In this document: in pieces, positions 58,483 to 64,000 of the stretch | Layout of the letters: each line of letters starts with the position of its first letter | Position numbering within the stretch: the stretch's first letter is position 1 | NCBI GenBank assembly: GCA_035526025.1 | Contig: DATLDE010000005.1 | Coordinates: forward strand, 189,690-253,689 | Direction: 5' to 3' | Source of the DNA: Candidatus Limnocylindrales bacterium | GTDB taxonomy: Bacteria > Patescibacteriota > Microgenomatia > Levybacterales > UBA12049 | DNA: 64,000 nucleotides | Notes under the pieces: generated by a model | The model's input: the letters and a program-made list of their open reading frames with translations, nothing else | Databases searched by the model: none | What the model was told of the DNA's origin: nothing | Program-made: the position numbers and the translations under genes

Positions 58483-60729
58483 ATGTTTAATAAAAATAAA
58501 TACAGAATTATATATTTTCTAACAATAGCTGTTCTTATATCATTACCCTATTATATTTTTGAAGGAAAGCTTTTTATAGGTGGAGATGATACTCGACTTT
58601 TATATGTGTATCCTTGGGAATGGATCAATAATATAGCATTTTTTTCCTGGTTTCATTTTTCCGCCATAGGAACCAATAATCCAAACCAAGCACTTCTTCC
58701 TTTCCTTTCTATATGGTCTATATTAAGCTTTTTCATTCATTCTAAAGTTGTACTGGATTATTTTTCGTTTTCTCTGCCTCTTATAATAGGGTTTATATTT
58801 TTCCAAAAGTTGATAAAAGAAATGATTGAAGTAAATAAAGATGAATATAGATTTACATTTTACTTCGGTTCACTTATATACATACTGTCTCCTATTATTG
58901 CTATCAATCAGCTATCAATTTTTTTATACTCGGCTTGGCTAATAGGATTGCTACCAATAATTACATATTACTTCATAAAATATCTTAAAACAAATAAATT
59001 TATATTTGTATTAAAGAATGTGCTATGGTGTATCTTTTTATCATTTGCTCTTAGCACTATTCCATGGCTTTTAGGCTTTATTCTTCCTATAATCATTGCC
59101 CTTTTATCATTATTTACGCTATTCTCAAAAAAAGACCATTTATATTTTCTCAAACAATCTACTATTTTTTTTGGAACAACTATTCTATCGCAATCATTCT
59201 GGCTATTATCATTTATAATTAATATTTTTTCATCATCCAGAAATAGTTTTATAGCAAATGTATTGTCCTCACAGACAAAGGACACCTTTGCTCCTACAGT
59301 TATTGCAACTGCTACTGGCAATATTTTTTATCCGCTCTTAAATCTATTTCATAGACAAATATCATTTGATTTCGGTTGGCAGCTAAAGAATATTTTCTTA
59401 ACGTTTTATGACAATGCAATTATTGTATATACAATTCCAACATTTATATTGTTTATTGGCCTTTTCAATTATAAAGAATGGCTGAATAAGCATGAGCGAA
59501 AATATTTTCTGCTGTTTTTTACAGCATTCTTGTTTTCCCTCTTTTTTTTCACTGTTAACATAGGACCCTTACGAGAACTATTTATAGTTCTGGGAAAATT
59601 ACCAGGGTTTGTAATGTTTAGAAATTTCTATGATAAATTTGCCTTAGGCTATATATTCATATATGCGATAATATTATCTTTTGTAATGATAGTTCTAGTG
59701 AGAAAATATAAAAATAAAACAAAGACCATATATTCATTAATTATTTTATCGATCATGATAAATTTTATACCAATAAAACAGTTAATTGTCAGACCTATAT
59801 GGACAACAAATAATACTTATGCAAACATAACTATCCCTGACGAATATTTTACTTTTATTAAAAATACTAAGGCTAATGTCCCTTATTCTGCCAACATGCT
59901 CAGCCTTCCATTTAATATTGCGGGATATACCATTATAAAAGATTCTAAATCAGATAACACATTTGCTGGTAGATCTCCATTGCAGCTTTTTACGGGTATT
60001 AATGATTTTTCCGGAAATCTCTCGTTTTCTGCCAACGACTCGGAAAAATTTAATCAACACATCACGCAAAGAAATTATATTGATCTTAACAATTTTCTAA
60101 AAGCACGAAATATTGGATATGTATTTATAACTAAAAATATTCCAGATGATATAAAAAAATCATATCTTTTTGACCCAAAAATACTACACAATCAAGATCA
60201 AAAACTTATAGACGCAATTACTGGTGATAAAATTACGGAAAGTAAAAACGGAAATTATATTTTATACAAAACAAAACACGCAACTTCATTATTTTATCCT
60301 AAAAATGTTGAATTTAAAAAAATTAATCCCGTAAAATACCATATTGAGATAAAAGGCCTTACTAAGAAACAAAATCTCTACTTTGCGGAGTCATTTAGCA
60401 CAGGATGGAATTTATACCCGAGATCATATAAAAACAAAGACATAAATCCTCTATTATTAACATGGGAAAGGAGCATTGCGAAAAATACTCATACATCAAC
60501 GGACGTATACACAAACAAATGGGTGATTGATCCTGAAAAAGTAATAAAAGAAATTCCATCGAGTTCATATCGGAAAAATCCAGATGGTACATTAAATGTT
60601 TCACTGACTATGTACTTTAAGCCACAAAATAATTTCTATTTTGGAGCGTTGATCACCTTGATTACGCTTCTTTTTTGCATGCTTTGGTTATATATTATTA
60701 AATTTAAAAAAAATGAGAAAATTTTATAA
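58483..60729 (+). CDS. giant polytopic membrane protein (about 13 N-terminal TM, roughly 270-aa extracytoplasmic domain, C-terminal TM); candidate GT-C-like polysaccharide transferase/polymerase
   Basis: 748 aa. Paralogous to 61756..63864 (shared blocks FRNFYDKF/FNMFRDSTKW, KYHIEIKG../KYDVSIRN.., FAESFSTGWNL/FAESFDKGWIL). It sits at the end of the glycan locus. I recognise no catalytic motif. Confidence 0.5.
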   Translation: MFNKNKYRIIYFLTIAVLISLPYYIFEGKLFIGGDDTRLLYVYPWEWINNIAFFSWFHFSAIGTNNPNQALLPFLSIWSILSFFIHSKVVLDYFSFSLPLIIGFIFFQKLIKEMIEVNKDEYRFTFYFGSLIYILSPIIAINQLSIFLYSAWLIGLLPIITYYFIKYLKTNKFIFVLKNVLWCIFLSFALSTIPWLLGFILPIIIALLSLFTLFSKKDHLYFLKQSTIFFGTTILSQSFWLLSFIINIFSSSRNSFIANVLSSQTKDTFAPTVIATATGNIFYPLLNLFHRQISFDFGWQLKNIFLTFYDNAIIVYTIPTFILFIGLFNYKEWLNKHERKYFLLFFTAFLFSLFFFTVNIGPLRELFIVLGKLPGFVMFRNFYDKFALGYIFIYAIILSFVMIVLVRKYKNKTKTIYSLIILSIMINFIPIKQLIVRPIWTTNNTYANITIPDEYFTFIKNTKANVPYSANMLSLPFNIAGYTIIKDSKSDNTFAGRSPLQLFTGINDFSGNLSFSANDSEKFNQHITQRNYIDLNNFLKARNIGYVFITKNIPDDIKKSYLFDPKILHNQDQKLIDAITGDKITESKNGNYILYKTKHATSLFYPKNVEFKKINPVKYHIEIKGLTKKQNLYFAESFSTGWNLYPRSYKNKDINPLLLTWERSIAKNTHTSTDVYTNKWVIDPEKVIKEIPSSSYRKNPDGTLNVSLTMYFKPQNNFYFGALITLITLLFCMLWLYIIKFKKNEKIL

Positions 60730-61759
60730 CAATAAATGGATTAAATGGTTTTTTATTCCTATTGGATTATTTTTATTTTGGATCTTTGCTTCCCTGACGA
60801 TTAACCCTTCTATAAATTTTAGTACTCTAATACAAAAAGATGGTAAAGAGCATTACTTCATGTTTAATGATAAATTATTGCTTCGCAATGATACTATTTC
60901 CGGCCAGTTCAAAGCCTCAGAAGATAATCTAGGAATTATTTCTATTAGATTTATTCCCCAAAAACAAGTTGATTTTGATGACGAAGACAGTCTTGTTTTC
61001 AGGATTAAAGAAAAAAAGGCAAAGGAATGGCACTATCAAGGTACATACAGCTCAGGAGGTATATTTGGCGTGCCTATGTTTCCATTTGGATTCCCAACTA
61101 TTTCTGATTCAAAAAATAAAACATATATATTTAGCATAACATCTCAGCATGGAACAAGAAAAAACGCGGTAAAACTGAGCCGTAAAGAACCTGCTTTAAT
61201 TAGCATGTATGTTTTTCCAAAAAATAAACTTATATCAGATAAAAGGTTGTTTGTAAACTTTTTTTATAAAAAATTAATTAACTATTTTAGTAACCTCGAG
61301 CTACTAGCATCATCAACAGTGTATCTATCTCCTTTGCTATTCTATTTATTCACGCATCTTCTTGTAAGAAAAACTACGCTGGGGAAAATTCATACTATAC
61401 CTATAATACCTCTCTTAATTGTTCTTGCTGCCTCTATTAACATAGATTTAATTCTTGGAATATTCTTAAGCTTTATTGGATTTTGGATCATTACAGTTAT
61501 ACTTAATAAAATCGAAAGCCGCGTCTCTTTTCTATTCGCATTGCTATTTTTCTGTTTATCACTTATTTCAGTAATTTTAAAAAGTCAGCAATTAGGCAGT
61601 AGATTTTCAAATTGGACCTTTATATTTTTAGCTGTTGGAACAGTACAAACAATATATGAATCACAAAGCTCTAAAAAATTTATAAGTTATAGAATATTTT
61701 TAAAGAGAGTAATTCCCAAAAAAATTCTATCAAAAATAAGTAAATATCATCAGGTATGA
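60713..61759 (+). CDS. hypothetical membrane protein (N-terminal TM, soluble domain, C-terminal multi-TM)
   Basis: ORF and hydropathy only. Confidence 0.45.
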   Translation: MRKFYNNKWIKWFFIPIGLFLFWIFASLTINPSINFSTLIQKDGKEHYFMFNDKLLLRNDTISGQFKASEDNLGIISIRFIPQKQVDFDDEDSLVFRIKEKKAKEWHYQGTYSSGGIFGVPMFPFGFPTISDSKNKTYIFSITSQHGTRKNAVKLSRKEPALISMYVFPKNKLISDKRLFVNFFYKKLINYFSNLELLASSTVYLSPLLFYLFTHLLVRKTTLGKIHTIPIIPLLIVLAASINIDLILGIFLSFIGFWIITVILNKIESRVSFLFALLFFCLSLISVILKSQQLGSRFSNWTFIFLAVGTVQTIYESQSSKKFISYRIFLKRVIPKKILSKISKYHQV

Positions 61760-63864
61760 AAAAACAGTTTATTTTTACGGTTTTTGTTGTATTTTTAACA
61801 ATTATTATTTTCAAAGCTTGGTTTATGCCCGGAATTATTGCTGGAGGTGATTTTGATTTTTATCTCCCTTCCATGTTTAAAAACTATCCTATATATCCTT
61901 ATGCATGGAGTTGGAAAATGCAGAATGGATTGGGGGGATTTGCCTCCCCTCTTGGTTGGCTAACTTTTAATTTTGCTGCCCCACTCTTTATAGGAAGTTT
62001 AATGCATCTTAGTTATCAAACCATTGAAAGAGTTGCCTACTTTTTTCCCTTTTTGGCCATGTGCATGATTTCACCAATTTATTTACATAAAAAACTATCT
62101 CTTCAAAATAATGTTTTTGCAATTTCTATAATTATTTTTTTGCTTAACACATACATACTTATGCTAGCTGGTGGTGGACAATTAACTATTGCTTCTGCAT
62201 ATGCATTTTCCCCAATATTTCTAGGATTGTTCATATCACTTGTTAACATAACATCACAAACAAAAAAACAATTATTTAAAAATAAAATTCATTATTATAC
62301 ATACAACATACTTTTACTAAGCTTTGCTCTGGCTGTTTTAGTGCTTCTGGATATTAGAATTGCTTACGTTTTATTAGTTGCTGCAGGAATATACTTTTTA
62401 CAAAGCATTAAATACAATCTATCCAAACAAAATGTTCTTAAGGGTTTGAGCAATATACTTTTTACTTTTCTTGTTCCCCTCACTATCTCAGCTCTTATTC
62501 ACTCCTTCTGGGCCTTGCCTACTTTATTGCATGGAAGTAGTCCTGTGAACGATCTTGGGACTGCTTATAGCTCAACTGACGCTGTTAAGTATTTCAGCTT
62601 TGCAAAACTGGAGAATACGATCTCCCTTCTCCATCCCAATTGGCCGGAGAATATTTTTGGTAAAGTATATTTTATGAAAGCTGAATTTCTGCTACTCCCC
62701 ATACTCGCCTACAGCAGTCTTTTTTTCGTCTCCAAGAATAAAGACTCAAGAACCAAGAACTATATACTGTATTTTGCGCTGCTTGGTCTACTGGGTGCAT
62801 TCCTTGCAAAAGGAGCCAATGAACCATTTGGAAGTCTTTATCTTTGGATGTTTGAACATGTCCCTGGATTTAATATGTTCAGGGATTCCACCAAGTGGTA
62901 TACGCTAATTGCAATCAGTTACTCAATTCTAATTCCTTTCAGCGTCTCAAAAATATTTCTCTGGCTCAAATCACAAACTAAAATTACAATTTATAATTTG
63001 CAAATACCCCTCAGGCCTTGGTTTAAGAACTACATTCCCAAACTCTTCTTAATATTGACTACTTTATACTTACTACTGCTAATCCGTCCCGCTATCCTTG
63101 GCCAATTAGGTGGTACATTAAAGACTACACATGTCCCCAAAGAATATATAGCGTTGGAACAATATTTACAAAAACAAACACAATTTTTCAGGACTATGTG
63201 GCTTCCCACCAATCAAAGATTTGGATATTATTCAAATATGCATCCGGCAATTTCAGCAAGAGATTATTTCAAAAAATATGATACTGCTCCACTACTTGAT
63301 GAGCTTAAAAAATCAAATAGTATTAGTTCCCTCAGTGAAATAGGTATAAAATACATAATTGTTCCTTATGACTCTGAATCAGAAATTTTTCTAACTGATA
63401 GAAAATATGATAATAAAAAATTCAAAAATACTATCTCTCAGTTGGATACAATAAAACAACTCAAAAAAATAAAAACATTTGGAAATATAACAGCTTATGA
63501 AATCAAGAATCCAAAAGATCATTTTTGGAGCCCCCAAACCAATATAAAAATAAGCTATAAATACATAAATCCAGTTAAGTATGATGTTTCTATTCGAAAT
63601 GCGAGAAAAGGGGAACAATTAATATTTGCAGAAAGTTTTGATAAAGGATGGATACTTCAAAACTCAAAGTTCAAAGTTCAAAGTTCAAAGTTCAAAGATA
63701 AACTTAATAGCTATATACTACCTGAAGATGGAAATTATAATCTAGAATTAAAATACGAACCCCAGAGATGGGTGGATATAGGAGTATTCATAAGCCTGAT
63801 ATCACTTAGCGCAATATTATCTGGCTTGCTATACTTAAAGCTAAAATTCAAAAAACAAAACTAA
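61756..63864 (+). CDS. giant polytopic membrane protein, paralog of 58483..60729
   Basis: 702 aa with the same architecture and conserved blocks as the upstream paralog. It contains a heptanucleotide tandem repeat near its 3' end. Confidence 0.5.
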   Translation: MKKQFIFTVFVVFLTIIIFKAWFMPGIIAGGDFDFYLPSMFKNYPIYPYAWSWKMQNGLGGFASPLGWLTFNFAAPLFIGSLMHLSYQTIERVAYFFPFLAMCMISPIYLHKKLSLQNNVFAISIIIFLLNTYILMLAGGGQLTIASAYAFSPIFLGLFISLVNITSQTKKQLFKNKIHYYTYNILLLSFALAVLVLLDIRIAYVLLVAAGIYFLQSIKYNLSKQNVLKGLSNILFTFLVPLTISALIHSFWALPTLLHGSSPVNDLGTAYSSTDAVKYFSFAKLENTISLLHPNWPENIFGKVYFMKAEFLLLPILAYSSLFFVSKNKDSRTKNYILYFALLGLLGAFLAKGANEPFGSLYLWMFEHVPGFNMFRDSTKWYTLIAISYSILIPFSVSKIFLWLKSQTKITIYNLQIPLRPWFKNYIPKLFLILTTLYLLLLIRPAILGQLGGTLKTTHVPKEYIALEQYLQKQTQFFRTMWLPTNQRFGYYSNMHPAISARDYFKKYDTAPLLDELKKSNSISSLSEIGIKYIIVPYDSESEIFLTDRKYDNKKFKNTISQLDTIKQLKKIKTFGNITAYEIKNPKDHFWSPQTNIKISYKYINPVKYDVSIRNARKGEQLIFAESFDKGWILQNSKFKVQSSKFKDKLNSYILPEDGNYNLELKYEPQRWVDIGVFISLISLSAILSGLLYLKLKFKKQN
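63664..63698. repeat. heptanucleotide tandem repeat (TCAAAGT)x4 plus one degenerate copy, inside the CDS
   Basis: aactCAAAGTTCAAAGTTCAAAGTTCAAAGTTCAAAGAtaaac was read directly. The unit length is 7, which is not a multiple of 3. Confidence 0.85.
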
Positions 63865-63881
63865 AAAGATTAACAATTGTT

Positions 63882-64000
63882 ATGAAACCACAAGATATAT
63901 TATTTATTCTGATTTTAACCATACTTATCTGGAAAAGAAAATCCAAGTATTTTACGCTTGCTGGTTTATTTTTTCTTATCTTATCCATTCCGTTTTTTAA
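63882..64000 (+). CDS. hypothetical membrane protein, 5' fragment (runs off the window end)
   Basis: ATG at 63882 followed by 39 sense codons (MKPQDILFILILTILIWKRKSKYFTLAGLFFLILSIPFF...) with no stop before the window end. Confidence 0.3.
   Translation, partial: MKPQDILFILILTILIWKRKSKYFTLAGLFFLILSIPFF

Overview
The window is AT-rich DNA (roughly 30-35% GC by eye), gene-dense, with long co-directional gene strings and frequent 4-bp start/stop overlaps. I found no rRNA, tRNA, CRISPR array, transposase or integrase.

The housekeeping genes look like a reduced-genome bacterium, plausibly Candidate Phyla Radiation / Patescibacteria (inference). Evidence for that: a truncated TsaB, a DUF5679 mini zinc-ribbon, an archaeal-type AspRS and sparse metabolism.

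Housekeeping content: GluRS, AspRS, PurA, SecD/SecF, LepA, FtsE/FtsX with an EnvC-like M23 activator, TsaB/TsaC/TsaE, DgkA with a PAP2 phosphatase, and a D-Ala-D-Ala carboxypeptidase. Transporters: an Nramp metal transporter, an EamA exporter and an ABC exporter.

The dominant feature is two large cell-surface glycan loci.

Locus A (about 24.2-34.9 kb, minus strand) couples a PMT/ArnT-like GT-C transferase and a GtrB-GtrA fusion (polyprenyl-phosphate glycosyltransferase plus flippase) with three nucleotide-sugar branches. These are GDP-D-rhamnose (Gmd+Rmd), dTDP-L-rhamnose (RmlA/B/C-like/D) and UDP-GlcA/UDP-Xyl (Ugd+UXS), plus a Nudix hydrolase.

Locus B (about 46.7-63.9 kb, plus strand) holds GalE, a Wzx-type flippase and eight GT2/GT4 glycosyltransferases. 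It also holds a ColD-like PLP-dependent GDP-4-keto-6-deoxymannose 3-dehydratase next to a Fcl/ColC-like reductase. That pair is the signature of GDP-colitose (3,6-dideoxyhexose) synthesis. The locus ends with two paralogous giant polytopic membrane proteins, one carrying a heptanucleotide tandem repeat.

Other notable items:
- A GC-richer 772-aa orphan protein of unknown function.
- A dockerin-bearing secreted protein and a cohesin-like/PKD/LAPTG surface protein.
- A cupredoxin and an Excalibur-containing secreted thermonuclease.
- A DUF3048-DUF4446 gene pair.
- A perfectly palindromic putative operator in a divergent promoter.
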